Assembly: GCA_913057195.1 (NCBI GenBank)
Contig: CAJXNL010000006.1
Location: forward strand, 70-64,069
Direction of reading: 5' to 3'
DNA length: 64,000 bases
Origin: an uncultured Wenzhouxiangella sp.
GTDB lineage: Bacteria > Pseudomonadota > Gammaproteobacteria > Xanthomonadales > Wenzhouxiangellaceae
Below the pieces are notes generated by a model that ran no database searches, was not told the origin of the DNA, and saw only the letters and a program-made list of their open reading frames with translations. A program made the position numbers and the translations under genes. Below, in pieces: positions 38,224 to 49,015 of the stretch (position 1 is the stretch's first letter; every line of letters begins with the position of its first letter).

Positions 38224-38769
38224 ATGTCAACCCGATCGCACTCGCCCAGCCAACGAATTGATGAATGGTTCGCGAAGTTGGGACTCCCCGCCGACTATGC
38301 CTCGCGCCACCAACTCAAGCCTGTGGCGGAGGCCCATGCGCTGGTCGACATTGGACTCGATATTCACGGGCGGGCGCAACGCCTGTCGCCCGAGACGGCC
38401 CAAGCCTGGGCATCGATGGAAGCCGCGGCCCGGGCCGATGGCATCGTATTGCAGGTCGTGTCCGCCTACCGCTCAATCGACTACCAAGCCGGTTTGATCG
38501 AAAGAAAACTGGCTCAAGGTTTGAGCATTGATGACATCTTAAAAGTCTCCGCCGCCCCGGGCTACAGTGAACACCACAGCGGCCATGCGCTCGATCTCAC
38601 CACGCCCAACACGCCACAATTGGAGCAGGGGTTTGCGCAAACGCCGGCCTATGCATGGTTACAAGCCCACGCGGGCGAGTTTGAGTTTGCGGAAAGTTAT
38701 GGACCAGACAATCCACACGGGCTCATCTGGGAGCCATGGCACTGGGCCTATCGATCTTTTTTGATTTGA
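38224..38769 (+). CDS. M15 family D-Ala-D-Ala carboxypeptidase (VanY-like)
   Basis: Contains SAYRSIDYQ, PGYSEHHSGHALDL and WEPWHW. Confidence 0.85.
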   Translation: MSTRSHSPSQRIDEWFAKLGLPADYASRHQLKPVAEAHALVDIGLDIHGRAQRLSPETAQAWASMEAAARADGIVLQVVSAYRSIDYQAGLIERKLAQGLSIDDILKVSAAPGYSEHHSGHALDLTTPNTPQLEQGFAQTPAYAWLQAHAGEFEFAESYGPDNPHGLIWEPWHWAYRSFLI

Positions 38770-40148
38770 GCGTAGGCCGCCAGCGCGCCCTGTCGCTGCG
38801 CTTTGAGGTCAATGTGGTCGGCGGGTTGATGAACCTGCTTGGCTGATCGATCAGCGTGCTCCGGGCACCAGCGTCGAACGTAGGCACCGGTCGGATCAAA
38901 CTTCTCACCTTGAAGCGTGGGATTAAACACCCGAAAGTAAGGCGATGCATCCGCGCCTGACCCCGCCGTCCACTGCCAGCCTTGGGTGTTGTTGGCCAGA
39001 TCGGCATCCACCAACGTGTCCCAAAAATGCCGGGCCCCCTCTTGCCAAGGGATCAAAAGATTCTTAGTTAAGTAGGAGGCCACCACCATGCGCACGCGAT
39101 TGTGCATCCAGCCAGTGGCCGTCAGCTGGCGCATGCCAGCATCAACCATCGGGACCCCGGTGTCGCCTTTTTTCCAATCCGCCAGGTCTTGAGCGTACTC
39201 GTCGGCCGATCGCCATGGAAACTGATTGAACACCGGTTTTAACGGCTGGCTTGGTATGTGGGGGAAGTAGTACAGCAAATAATGCGAAAACTCGCGCCAG
39301 ACAATTTCTCGGACGAACGACACCGCGTTGTCTTCATCGGGCACCTCGCCTGAGGGGTCACAGGCCCGTATCACCTCGCCGACCGACAGCTCGCCAAAGT
39401 GGAGATACGGCGATAAGCTCGATGTCCCCGCCTGATCAGGGCGGTTGCGGGCCGACTCATATTGGCTGAGGCCTTGATCCACAAACGCACTCAATTGAGC
39501 CTGCGCGTGAGGCCAACCGGGCGACCACACCTGCGCAAGTTGTTCTGTCCAAGGGTGAGTCGGCGCCAATTGGGCTGAGTCGATGGTCGGGACCATCCCC
39601 TCGACCTCTGGCGCAGCCGGTATTCGATCCGGTGCAGGCAGGCGCAATGGCGCTGTCCACGTGGCTTGAAAATGTCTCCAAAATGGGGTGAAGACCAAAT
39701 ACGGGGTGTGGTCTTTTTTGAGCATCTCCCAAGGCTCTTTTAAAAGCTGTGCCTTAAAGCTCTCAACGTGAAGTGCATCGCCTGCATACTTAGTTTTAAG
39801 GTGGTCTTTGAGGGTGGCATCATACTCACGCGGGCTGGGCTCATAGACCCGGTTCCAATACACAGCCCGCGCCTGGTGGGCCTCGATCAATTGCGTGAGA
39901 ACCGATGTTGAATCCCCGCTGTAGACAAGCAAGCGGTTACCACGCGCTTGCAAAGATTGATCCAACGTTGCCAGTGACTGCGCCAACCACCAGCGGCTTG
40001 CCTGACCCAAAGGCCACTCACCCTCACGCTTTGGATCGTCAATGTACACACAGACCACTGCCTCGTGATTGAGCGCGCGGGTCAAGGCGGGGTGATCACT
40101 CAGACGAAGATCGCGCCGAAACCAAACAATGGCTGTGTCTTGAGACAT
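38748..40148 (-). CDS. phrB: deoxyribodipyrimidine photolyase (class I CPD)
   Basis: Contains IVWFRRDLRLSDHPAL, WREF, GWMHNRVRMVVASYL and DADLANNTQGWQW. Confidence 0.93.
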   Translation of the reverse strand: MSQDTAIVWFRRDLRLSDHPALTRALNHEAVVCVYIDDPKREGEWPLGQASRWWLAQSLATLDQSLQARGNRLLVYSGDSTSVLTQLIEAHQARAVYWNRVYEPSPREYDATLKDHLKTKYAGDALHVESFKAQLLKEPWEMLKKDHTPYLVFTPFWRHFQATWTAPLRLPAPDRIPAAPEVEGMVPTIDSAQLAPTHPWTEQLAQVWSPGWPHAQAQLSAFVDQGLSQYESARNRPDQAGTSSLSPYLHFGELSVGEVIRACDPSGEVPDEDNAVSFVREIVWREFSHYLLYYFPHIPSQPLKPVFNQFPWRSADEYAQDLADWKKGDTGVPMVDAGMRQLTATGWMHNRVRMVVASYLTKNLLIPWQEGARHFWDTLVDADLANNTQGWQWTAGSGADASPYFRVFNPTLQGEKFDPTGAYVRRWCPEHADRSAKQVHQPADHIDLKAQRQGALAAYAQIKKDR

Positions 40149-40160
40149 GCCCGAGTGCGC

Positions 40161-41654
40161 CTAGGCTTGCTGCCTGCGGCTTTGCTTGGCTTGATCGGAC
40201 CGACGCTGCTCCAGCTCATCAAGATAGCCATCGTCCAGCCCGGTGACATAGCGCCCCGAAAAGCAACTGTTGTCAAAGCCAGCCAAGGTCGTGTTGCTTC
40301 CCAACACCGCCTGCTCCATCGCTTCGAGGTCTTGATAGATCAATCGATCAGCCCCGATGATGGCCTGGATCTCGGCAACACTTCGATTCGCTGCCACCAA
40401 CTCATGGGCAGAGGGCATATCGATGCCGTAGACATTGGGATGGCGAACCGGCGGAGAGGCCGAGGCCAGATAAACCTTTTTGGCGCCCGCATCCCGGGCC
40501 ATTTGCACAATCTGAGTCGACGTGGTGCCGCGAACAATGGAGTCATCCACAAGCAGCACGTTCTTGCCTCGAAGCTCCAACGGAATGGTGTTGAGCTTGC
40601 GCCGAACCGAGCGCGCCCTGGCCTCTTGACCCGGCATGATGAACGTCCGGCCGATGTAGCGGTTTTTGATCAAGCCCTCGCGGTACTTCACGTTGAGCAT
40701 TTGCGACAGCGGCAAACATGCCGTGCGACTGGTATCGGGCACGGGCACGACAGCGTCGATGTCGTGATCGGGCCACTCTCGGAGAATCTTCTCAGCCAAC
40801 GCCTCACCCATGCGGAGTCTTGATTTGTGGACCGATAAATCATCGATCATGGACTCGGGTCGGGCAAAGTAGACATATTCAAACAGGCAGGGCGTGTGCG
40901 GCTGAGCGTGTTCGCTCACGTGCCGATGCAGCTGACCTTGAAGGTCAATCAATACGCTTTCACCTGGCGCCAAATCATCGATCAGTTCGAACTCTAAAAT
41001 GTCGAGTGCCACAGACTCTGAAGCCACCATGAACTCCATGCCTTCGGCACTTTGCCGCTGTCCGATGACCGCGGGCCGAATGCCATGCACATCCCGAAAC
41101 GCCAACAGCCCAACCCCTGCAATCAACGCCACTGCCGCATATGCGCCTCGGCAACGGCCGTGAACCGCATCAACGGCGGCGAAGATTTGTTCGGGAGACA
41201 CATCGGCTTGAATGGTGCCACGGCCCAGTTGAAATGAAAGCTCATGAGCCAAGCAATTGAGCAACACCTCCGAGTCTGACTCCGTATTGATGTGACGCCG
41301 GTCACGCGCGAACAGCTCACGACTCAAAGACTCTGAATTAATCAAGTTGCCGTTATGACCCAACGCGATACCAAACGGCGCGTTGACATACATTGGCTGG
41401 GCCTCATCAGGCTGATCACAGCCTGCGGTGGGATAGCGGACATGGCCAATGCCCACCTGCCCGGTGAGGTTAGCGACCGATTCTTCGACAAAGACATCGC
41501 TGACCAAGCCCAGTCCGCGAGTGGAGCGCATTCGCCCCTCATCCAAGGTGGTGATCCCAGCTGCATCCTGACCGCGGTGTTGCAGCACCGTCATCGCATC
41601 GTATAAGCGCGCTGCCACGGGGGCTTGACCGAAGATACCGACGATTCCGCACAT
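40161..41654 (-). CDS. purF: amidophosphoribosyltransferase
   Basis: Starts MCGIVGIF (Ntn Cys) and has the PRTase motif VLLVDDSIVRGTT. Confidence 0.96.
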   Translation of the reverse strand: MCGIVGIFGQAPVAARLYDAMTVLQHRGQDAAGITTLDEGRMRSTRGLGLVSDVFVEESVANLTGQVGIGHVRYPTAGCDQPDEAQPMYVNAPFGIALGHNGNLINSESLSRELFARDRRHINTESDSEVLLNCLAHELSFQLGRGTIQADVSPEQIFAAVDAVHGRCRGAYAAVALIAGVGLLAFRDVHGIRPAVIGQRQSAEGMEFMVASESVALDILEFELIDDLAPGESVLIDLQGQLHRHVSEHAQPHTPCLFEYVYFARPESMIDDLSVHKSRLRMGEALAEKILREWPDHDIDAVVPVPDTSRTACLPLSQMLNVKYREGLIKNRYIGRTFIMPGQEARARSVRRKLNTIPLELRGKNVLLVDDSIVRGTTSTQIVQMARDAGAKKVYLASASPPVRHPNVYGIDMPSAHELVAANRSVAEIQAIIGADRLIYQDLEAMEQAVLGSNTTLAGFDNSCFSGRYVTGLDDGYLDELEQRRSDQAKQSRRQQA

Positions 41655-41660
41655 GCCTTT

Positions 41661-42176
41661 TTAAATCTCCAATCCTTGCGAGCGCAGCAGCTGGTCCTGC
41701 ATCGCGGGGGGCAATTGTCCCACAACCTGCTCGGCCATGGTCTCAAAATGGGGCAGCAACAGCGACGCCTGCCACCACGGATCTTCAACAAACGGCGTCA
41801 GTCCAGCCAGCAAAACACCGATGGTGATCACCACCACGCCGCGAACCAATCCAAACAGCGCTCCCAACACGCGGTCGGTGCCGCTCAATCCAGTTTGCTT
41901 GACCATTTGGCCCACCAACACCCCCAGCAACCCCCCGACGATCAACAGGCCAATGAACATCACCAAAAAGGACGTGATCAGCTGGATTGAGGGTGTCTCT
42001 ATCCAGACCGCCAGGCGTTGTGCGCCCAGATCAGAAAACCGAAACGCGACGACCCCCGCCACGACCCAGGTGGCCAAAGAAAAGGCCTCTTTGACAAACC
42101 CTCGAAAGACACTCACGACAACCGATAGCCCTAAAATGCCCACGATCACCCAATCGGCGTGGGTCATTGCGCTCAT
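41661..42176 (-). CDS. cvpA: colicin V production protein CvpA
   Basis: 171 aa, 4 TM segments, conserved position between dedD and purF. Confidence 0.88.
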   Translation of the reverse strand: MSAMTHADWVIVGILGLSVVVSVFRGFVKEAFSLATWVVAGVVAFRFSDLGAQRLAVWIETPSIQLITSFLVMFIGLLIVGGLLGVLVGQMVKQTGLSGTDRVLGALFGLVRGVVVITIGVLLAGLTPFVEDPWWQASLLLPHFETMAEQVVGQLPPAMQDQLLRSQGLEI

Positions 42177-43201
42177 GGATGTGAGACCACCAGGCCCTCA
42201 AGCTCGGCCTCATCCCGCAACCGCTCAAGCAAGCGCTCGGCGTCGCTGCGCTCGGCCACCGTGCCCACCCGCACGCGCCAAATGTCCCGCGTGCCCATCG
42301 ATTCGGCAAAGTAAAAGGCTTCAAACCCCGCCGCGGTCAGATCGGCGTGCAGCCGCTGGGCATTGTCGCGGCGGGTGAATGAGCCCACCTGAACCGCGTA
42401 TCCAGGCGAGACATTGGCTGCCGCGGTCGCGGTTTGTGGCGCGCGAACCACTGGCGCCACGCCCGCCACCTGTGCATCAATCGTCTCGGCCGCTTCAGTG
42501 GCGAGCGCGCGGCTGGGGTATGGCCCCGTTTGGATGCGATACAACACCGAACCGCCTCGCTCAATGCGGTCAATCCGAGCCTGGTGACCCCGCTGGCTCA
42601 ATGCCGCCTCCACCTGATCTGCGGTGGCTTTTGCGCTGAAGCTGGCCACCTGCACGCGCCAAGCCTCCACCCAATTTTCCTCCAGACTGGATTGCCCGGC
42701 GGGCTCGGGCGAGGCCTCAGGCTCGAGGGCTGATGCTGTGGCTGGGTCAGCCGGATCAGGCTGACCCTGCTCATCGTCCTCAGCGGTCGCTGAGTCGGTG
42801 GCCTCGTTGTCGGACGCGGGCTCGGACACCGCCGGCGCCGCCGCATCACTATTGGCCTCAGTCGAAGGGCTTGGCGGCTGATCGGAAGGGCTCAGGGGCA
42901 CGCGCTGGGTCGAGGCGGGCTCTGGCGAAGGTTCTGAGTCAGGATCGGGGCGGCCCTCCGGTGGCGGCGGCACGGTGCGATTGGTTTGTTGAGCATCCTC
43001 GTCAATGAGCCGCGATGCCTCCGGATTGAGCGGCAGGCGACGGACATCTTCATCGGCATTGGGCGATTGGGGAATGGCCGGGTCCAACTGGCGCTCAAGG
43101 CGCTCATCCCGAGGCGCGTCGAAAAGCATCGGCACAAAAATCACCGCCAGTGCAATGAGCACCGCGGCCCCCACAAGGCGTTGTTTAAGCACATCGTCCA
43201 T
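42173..43201 (-). CDS. dedD: SPOR domain cell-division protein (DedD-like)
   Basis: N-terminal TM anchor, a long Pro/Glu/Ser/Ala-rich linker and two SPOR-like repeats (WRVQVASFSAK...; YAVQVGSFTRRDNAQRL...). Conserved folC-dedD-cvpA synteny. Confidence 0.82.
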   Translation of the reverse strand: MDDVLKQRLVGAAVLIALAVIFVPMLFDAPRDERLERQLDPAIPQSPNADEDVRRLPLNPEASRLIDEDAQQTNRTVPPPPEGRPDPDSEPSPEPASTQRVPLSPSDQPPSPSTEANSDAAAPAVSEPASDNEATDSATAEDDEQGQPDPADPATASALEPEASPEPAGQSSLEENWVEAWRVQVASFSAKATADQVEAALSQRGHQARIDRIERGGSVLYRIQTGPYPSRALATEAAETIDAQVAGVAPVVRAPQTATAAANVSPGYAVQVGSFTRRDNAQRLHADLTAAGFEAFYFAESMGTRDIWRVRVGTVAERSDAERLLERLRDEAELEGLVVSHP

Positions 43202-43207
43202 CGTTGC

Positions 43208-44527
43208 TCACTCCTTGCTCGACCAGCGATCGGCCACTTGGGCCAGCACCTGAAATGATCCAAACACCACCACTCGATCACTCGGCTCGGCCTGCGCCAA
43301 AGCCTGATCCAATGCTTGAGGAATGGATTTTACCGCGGAAAGTCCAGTGGCAACACCGCCGGCTTGAAGTCGGCTGATCAAAGCGTGGGCATCCATGCCC
43401 CGAGGGCCGCCCATCCCGGCCACATGCCAGTGGTCCACGTGGTCGGCGAGCGCCGCGGCCATTGCTTCGATGGATTTGTCGGCAAACGCGCTGAACACCG
43501 CCCAGGTTCGACCGCGGTGCCGCTGAGCCGCCAATGCCGCCGCCAAGGCAATCGCTGACGCCTCATTGTGGGCGACATCCAGGATCACCTCAGGCGCATG
43601 GGCGACCGTTTCAAACCGGCCAGCCAAACGCGCACGCTCAATGCCCTCGGCAACGGCCGCTGAGTTCAAAAACCCCTCCCCCCAAAGCGCTGACAGCGCC
43701 ACCGCCGCCGCTGCGGCGTTCGCCATCTGGTGTGTTCCCGCAAGCCCCGGTGGGGGCAGCACCCGCTCGATCACACCATGATCGGTCACCCTTTGCAATG
43801 TCCAATCAGTGGAGGCGGCCGGCGTCGATGTGTCTCCCACCCAGTTGAATGAGTCTCCCACCCGAATGACGCGCGCTCCCGTGGCGTTCAGTGCCTCCTC
43901 TAAGCCGCCCGGCCAATCGGGCTCGGCGATGACCAGCGGACGCCCTTGACGAGCAATCCCCATCTTTTCTCGCCCAATGTCACTCCGCGTGGGGCCCAAG
44001 TAATCCATGTGATCAAGTCCTATCGAGGTCACCACAGCGACGTCTGGGTCAATCACATTGACCGCATCCAAGCGACCACCAAGCCCCACCTCCAGCAACG
44101 CCAGCGCCGGTTGGGCGCGCTCAATCAGCACCAGTGCCGCCAGGGTCACCTGCTCAAAATAGGTCAGTCCCACCCCTTGACGGGCATCATCCACCCGCTC
44201 AAACGCCAACAGCCACTCGGCGTCGGGCAACGCCACCGCATTGAGGGTCAAGCGCTCATTGAACCGAGCGATGTGGGGTGATGTATAGGCCGCCACCGAA
44301 CGACCCGCGGCCAAAGCGATGGCTTGCGCAAACGCCACCGTTGAGCCTTTGCCGTTGGTCCCGGCAACCGTGACAATGTCAATGGAGGCAAATGATTGGG
44401 CATCAAACAAACGATCAAACACCGCCTGCACGCGGTCTAGACCCAACTCGATCTTATGCTGACTGGCGCGCTGTTCAAGCGCCTGCAAATAAGCCTCCAA
44501 AGTGGAGTGCGGCATCGACAGACTCAA
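43208..44527 (-). CDS. folC: bifunctional folylpolyglutamate synthase / dihydrofolate synthase
   Basis: Mur-ligase-type P-loop [10 protein letters not shown] with FolC-length architecture. Confidence 0.92.
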   Translation of the reverse strand: MSLSMPHSTLEAYLQALEQRASQHKIELGLDRVQAVFDRLFDAQSFASIDIVTVAGTNGKGSTVAFAQAIALAAGRSVAAYTSPHIARFNERLTLNAVALPDAEWLLAFERVDDARQGVGLTYFEQVTLAALVLIERAQPALALLEVGLGGRLDAVNVIDPDVAVVTSIGLDHMDYLGPTRSDIGREKMGIARQGRPLVIAEPDWPGGLEEALNATGARVIRVGDSFNWVGDTSTPAASTDWTLQRVTDHGVIERVLPPPGLAGTHQMANAAAAAVALSALWGEGFLNSAAVAEGIERARLAGRFETVAHAPEVILDVAHNEASAIALAAALAAQRHRGRTWAVFSAFADKSIEAMAAALADHVDHWHVAGMGGPRGMDAHALISRLQAGGVATGLSAVKSIPQALDQALAQAEPSDRVVVFGSFQVLAQVADRWSSKE

Positions 44528-45414
44528 GGGCTGGTATCGACCAGCTCGCCTTCTTTCACGTCGGTGATGGGCATCAAACCGTCCAACAGCACCGCAATGC
44601 GCTCACGAAGCTCACGACGATCAACGATTTGATCCAAAGCCCCTTTTTCGATTAAAAATTCTGCGCGCTGGAAACCCTCTGGCAACGTTTCTCGAACGGT
44701 TTGTTCAATCACTCGAGGACCGGCAAAACCAATCAGGGCGTTGGGTTCGGCCAATTGAATGTCACCCAACATGCCCAAACTTGCCGACACCCCGCCCATG
44801 GTCGGGTGAGTGAGCACTGAGATATAAGCGATGCCATTGGCCGATAATCGTGCCAAGGCCGCCGATGTTTTCGACATTTGAAACAGCGAAAACAGCCCCT
44901 CTTGCATGCGCGCTCCGCCCGATGCGGCAAAGCACACCAATGGCCATTGTCGATCAAGACTGATCTGGCAAGCGCGAACAAATCGCTCGCCCACCACGCT
45001 CCCCATCGAGCCGCCCATGAACCGAAAATCAAAGGCAACGGCAACGACATCGCGGCCGTTGAGCTGGCCTTGCATCGCCACCAGCGCATCGCGCTCACCG
45101 GTCGCTTTTTGAGCCGCGGACAAACGCTCGCGGTAGCGCCTGGAGTCTTTAAACTTCAGCGGGTCTTGTGGCTGAATGTCGGCACCGATCTCAACGCGCG
45201 GCTCAGCGTCTAAAAACGCATCCAACCGGGCTCGGCCCGTGAGGGCCATGTGGTGGTCACACTTGGGACACACCCACAAGTTACGCTCCAGCTCAGGTTG
45301 ATACAGCACAGCATCGCAGGCGTCGCACTTGGTCCATAACCCATCGGGCACTTTTCGTTTTTTGTTGCCTTGGGTTCGAATTCTTGAGGGCATCAATTTT
45401 TGAAACCAGTTCAT
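44524..45414 (-). CDS. accD: acetyl-CoA carboxylase carboxyltransferase subunit beta
   Basis: N-terminal zinc ribbon CDACDAVLY...CPKCDHH followed by the carboxyltransferase domain (FMGGSMG). Confidence 0.96.
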   Translation of the reverse strand: MNWFQKLMPSRIRTQGNKKRKVPDGLWTKCDACDAVLYQPELERNLWVCPKCDHHMALTGRARLDAFLDAEPRVEIGADIQPQDPLKFKDSRRYRERLSAAQKATGERDALVAMQGQLNGRDVVAVAFDFRFMGGSMGSVVGERFVRACQISLDRQWPLVCFAASGGARMQEGLFSLFQMSKTSAALARLSANGIAYISVLTHPTMGGVSASLGMLGDIQLAEPNALIGFAGPRVIEQTVRETLPEGFQRAEFLIEKGALDQIVDRRELRERIAVLLDGLMPITDVKEGELVDTSP

Positions 45415-45417
45415 GGC

Positions 45418-46266
45418 CTATCCGCTTGCCGCCAGATCCACGCCCGCGCGTGCCTCATCCATTGCCGCGCGCACTTTAGACAAATACGCACTGGCCGTGG
45501 CGCAAGCCTCATCGACGGTGTCAATGTCATGAAGCTTGGAGACCAGCGCCGATCCAATCACGACGGCATCAGCGAGTTCAGCCACCCGCGCGGCTTGTTC
45601 AGGCTCGCGGATACCAAAACCCACCGCCACCGGCAAGTCAATCCGGCCACGGATGCGCTCAACCATCGGCGCCAAAGCATCTGTGTTCAGCGTGGCCGCG
45701 CCCGTCACACCCGTCAGCGAAACGTAGTAGACAAACCCCCCCGCCAGTTCAGAGGCACGCGCTAGGCGAGCATCGTTGGTGGTGGGTGCCACCAAAAAAA
45801 TCTGATGGAGGCCGGCGTTGGCCAACTCGCCTTGAAGGTCGCGCGCTTCATCTGCCGGACAATCCACAATCAATAGGCCATCCACGCCGGCTTGGGCGGC
45901 GTCTTCAGCAAACCGCGTCGCGCCGTAGCGCTCAATTGGATTGGTGTAGCCCATCAACACCACAGGCGTGGTCGCATCGTGCTGTCGAAATTGAGCGACC
46001 AGTGTGAGCACTTCTTGCAAGCCCACGCCATGCTCCAAGGCCCGCTCACATGCCCGCTGAATGACCGGTCCATCGGCCATCACATCGGAAAACGGCATGC
46101 CCAACTCCACCACATCTGCGCCCGCACTCACCGCCGCGTGCAGCAAGGCCACTGTGGCATCGGGGTGCGGGTGGCCGGCGGTGATATAAGGCACCAGCGC
46201 GGCTCGGTTGGCCTCTTTTAGCGCCTGAAAACGTTGATCAATGCGGTTGGTCATGCCCCCTGTCAT
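45418..46266 (-). CDS. trpA: tryptophan synthase alpha chain
   Basis: Contains [27 protein letters not shown] and [10 protein letters not shown]. Start at 46266 or 46254. Confidence 0.95.
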   Translation of the reverse strand: MTGGMTNRIDQRFQALKEANRAALVPYITAGHPHPDATVALLHAAVSAGADVVELGMPFSDVMADGPVIQRACERALEHGVGLQEVLTLVAQFRQHDATTPVVLMGYTNPIERYGATRFAEDAAQAGVDGLLIVDCPADEARDLQGELANAGLHQIFLVAPTTNDARLARASELAGGFVYYVSLTGVTGAATLNTDALAPMVERIRGRIDLPVAVGFGIREPEQAARVAELADAVVIGSALVSKLHDIDTVDEACATASAYLSKVRAAMDEARAGVDLAASG

Positions 46267-47501
46267 AAACTGATTCCTTCCAACTTGGCCACGGTGTTGA
46301 TGTCCTTGTCGCCTCGACCGGAGAGATTGATCAACACCGTCTGATCGGGCGACATGGTGGCGGCCAGTTCAATGCCATAGGCCAAACCGTGAGCCGTTTC
46401 CAAGGCGGGGATAATGCCCTCTGTTCGAGAGACCATGTGGAAAGCCTCCATCGCCTTTCGATCATCCACGCCCACATAGCGCGCGCGACCAGAATCTTTG
46501 AGCCAGGCGTGCTCTGGGCCAACGCCGGGGTAATCAAGCCCTGCCGAGACCGAGTAAGTGTCCCGAATTTGGCCCGCGTCATCATCCAACAAGTAGGTCC
46601 GCGAACCATGTAACACCCCCACCCGGCCGGCACACAGGGTCGCCGAGTGCTCATCACCGCTTAAGCCTCGGCCGGCCGCCTCAACGCCAATCATGTCCAC
46701 CGAGTCATCCTCAATGAACGGATGAAACAGTCCCAAAGCGTTGGAGCCACCGCCCACGCATGCCACCAGCGCGTCAGGCAACGCCCCGTAGTGTTCAAGC
46801 ATTTGTCGCCGCGCCTCGCGTCCCACCACCGCGTTAAAATCGCGCACCATGGCCGGATACGGGTGGGGGCCGGCAGCGGTGCCTAGAATATAAAAGGTGT
46901 TGTCGACGTGGGTCACCCAATCGCGCATGGCCTCGTTCAAGGCGTCTTTGAGTGTTCTCGAGCCGGTATCGACGCTGACCACCTCAGCGCCCATTAATTT
47001 CATCCGATACACATTGGGCGATTGACGCTCAATGTCATCAGACCCCATGTAGACGATGCATTCCATGCCTAAGCGCGCGGCCACTGTGGCCGATGCCACA
47101 CCGTGCTGACCCGCGCCCGTCTCTGCAATCACGCGTCGCTTGCCCATGGCCTGGGCGAGCAAGGCCTGGCCGACCGTGTTGTTGATCTTGTGGGCACCGG
47201 TGTGGTTCAGGTCCTCACGCTTGAACAGAATCTTGGCCCCGCCCGCCGCGCGGGTGAGATTTTCGGCCCAATAAATGGGTGAAGGCCGGCCCACAAACGT
47301 CGCCAGGTCTTGATCCAAACGCTCGATGAAGCGTGCATCGCTCAAGTAATGGCGCCAAGCGATCTCCAACTCTTCCAGCGCGGGCATCAATGTCTCTGAA
47401 ACAAACCGCCCACCGTAAGTGCCAAAGTGGCCAGTGGCATCGGGCCACACACCGGAAATCGGCGGGTTGTGCTGCATTTGCTCTAGCGGCTTAGCCATCA
47501 T
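46263..47501 (-). CDS. trpB: tryptophan synthase beta chain
   Basis: Contains [15 protein letters not shown], the PLP-Lys region [15 protein letters not shown], and GGGSNA. Confidence 0.97.
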   Translation of the reverse strand: MMAKPLEQMQHNPPISGVWPDATGHFGTYGGRFVSETLMPALEELEIAWRHYLSDARFIERLDQDLATFVGRPSPIYWAENLTRAAGGAKILFKREDLNHTGAHKINNTVGQALLAQAMGKRRVIAETGAGQHGVASATVAARLGMECIVYMGSDDIERQSPNVYRMKLMGAEVVSVDTGSRTLKDALNEAMRDWVTHVDNTFYILGTAAGPHPYPAMVRDFNAVVGREARRQMLEHYGALPDALVACVGGGSNALGLFHPFIEDDSVDMIGVEAAGRGLSGDEHSATLCAGRVGVLHGSRTYLLDDDAGQIRDTYSVSAGLDYPGVGPEHAWLKDSGRARYVGVDDRKAMEAFHMVSRTEGIIPALETAHGLAYGIELAATMSPDQTVLINLSGRGDKDINTVAKLEGISL

Positions 47502-48195
47502 CGGATGTCCTGTCTTGGTGTGATGCGACCCGCTCCAGTGATCGCATCAATTCGTTTATCTTGCCATGATCTTTGATTCCAGGTTGCGTTTCCACGCCGC
47601 TGGACAGATCAATGCCGTGCGGGTCGACCTCGATCAGTGCCTGAGCGACGTTGTCCGGGCGCAACCCGCCGGCCAATATCCAGGGCCGATCGAGCTGGCG
47701 GGCGGTGTATGACAACGCTTGCCAATCACTGGTCTCGCCCGAGCCCCCCATTTGACCTGATCCGTGTGAATCTATCAACAACGCATCGGCTTGGCGATAC
47801 TGATGGGCACGCGCCAGCCACTGGGCTTGCCTCATCGGCCGATCGTCCGCTGACGCACCGGCCACATCGGCAAACCCCAATGCTTTGATATAGGGCATGC
47901 CGTAGCGCTCACACTCATTGGCCGACTCGCTGCCATGAAACTGAAGGCGATCCAGTCGAATGGTGTCGAGCACCGCGGCCACCCAATCGCTTGGGGCATC
48001 CATAAAAAGCCCCACCCGCTCGAGACCGTCATCCATGCGCTGATCCAGGGCCTTGGCCTGATCCAAGGTCAACGATCGAGGGCTTTGGGGCACAAACACC
48101 AACCCCACCGCATCGACCCCCGCGCGGTGAGCGCAGTGAGCGTCTTCGGCCTGCGTGATGCCGCACAATTTCACCCAGAGGTCAGAGACTGTCAT
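47491..48195 (-). CDS. trpF: phosphoribosylanthranilate isomerase
   Basis: Contains VKLCGIT and ...LAGGL.PDNV. Start at the ATG at 48195 (verified); the track ORF extends to 48291 across the truA 3' end. Confidence 0.9.
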   Translation of the reverse strand: MTVSDLWVKLCGITQAEDAHCAHRAGVDAVGLVFVPQSPRSLTLDQAKALDQRMDDGLERVGLFMDAPSDWVAAVLDTIRLDRLQFHGSESANECERYGMPYIKALGFADVAGASADDRPMRQAQWLARAHQYRQADALLIDSHGSGQMGGSGETSDWQALSYTARQLDRPWILAGGLRPDNVAQALIEVDPHGIDLSSGVETQPGIKDHGKINELMRSLERVASHQDRTSDDG

Positions 48196-48202
48196 CAGAG
48201 GT

Positions 48203-49015
48203 TTATGATAAGGCTTCAGCCCGGTCCATGGCGTGTTCCGATGGCAATCCCCACGCCGAATCGTACAGGGCGCTGATGAAATACAGCCCATGTGCCGGCG
48301 CAGTCATTCCCGATTGACGCCGGTCTTTGGCCGCCAGAAGCTCGGTCAGCCAGACCTCGGGGCGCTCGCCGCGGCCGATCAACACCAAGCTGCCGACGAT
48401 GTTTCTGACCATGTGATACAAAAACGCATTCGCTTGGATATCCATCACCACCTCATCGGCCTCACGCCGCACCCGAACCGCTTCCACGCTGCGAATCGGG
48501 TTGCGGGCCTGGCACCCTGCGGCCCTGAAGCTGGTGAAATCGTGCTCACCGACCAACGCTTGGGCGGCGCGATGCATGCTGTCGGCATCCAGCGATTGAT
48601 GCACCCAGTAAGCGCGGTCACGATGGATGGCGCTGCGACTTAAGCGATTCAAGATGCGGTAACGGTAGTGGCGCGCACGCGCGCTGTAGCGCGCATGAAA
48701 CTCATCGCTGACTGGCCTCACCCAGCGAATGGCCACCCCAGGATGCAAATGAGTTTGCCCCCCCAAAAGCCAAGCGCGCTCATCGCGGTGCGGCGTCGCA
48801 TCGAAATGAACGACTTGCCCCAGCGCATGGACGCCGGCATCGGTTCGACCCGACGCATGCACCCGAATGCGCTCATTGGCCACCTGCGACAAAGCGTCCT
48901 CTAAGCACGCCTGCACCGTGGGGCTCTGGCGTTGCCGCTGAAACCCATAGAAGGGACCACCGTCATACTCTATACCCAAAGCCCACCGTTGCTGGGTCAC
49001 TGCGCACGGCATCAC
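48203..49015 (-). CDS. truA: tRNA pseudouridine(38-40) synthase
   Basis: Contains LGIEYDGGPFYGFQRQ, and the catalytic Asp in ASGRTDAGVHA. Confidence 0.95.
   Translation of the reverse strand: MMPCAVTQQRWALGIEYDGGPFYGFQRQRQSPTVQACLEDALSQVANERIRVHASGRTDAGVHALGQVVHFDATPHRDERAWLLGGQTHLHPGVAIRWVRPVSDEFHARYSARARHYRYRILNRLSRSAIHRDRAYWVHQSLDADSMHRAAQALVGEHDFTSFRAAGCQARNPIRSVEAVRVRREADEVVMDIQANAFLYHMVRNIVGSLVLIGRGERPEVWLTELLAAKDRRQSGMTAPAHGLYFISALYDSAWGLPSEHAMDRAEALS

Noticed and set aside
42500-43000. Repetitive-looking Pro/Glu/Ser/Ala-rich DNA in dedD, and the Ala/Glu/Arg-rich stretch at about 60400-60830 in the OmpA-family gene.
   Set aside because: These are low-complexity linker and coiled-coil coding regions typical of these families. 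They are not discrete tandem repeats or CRISPR-like spacing.
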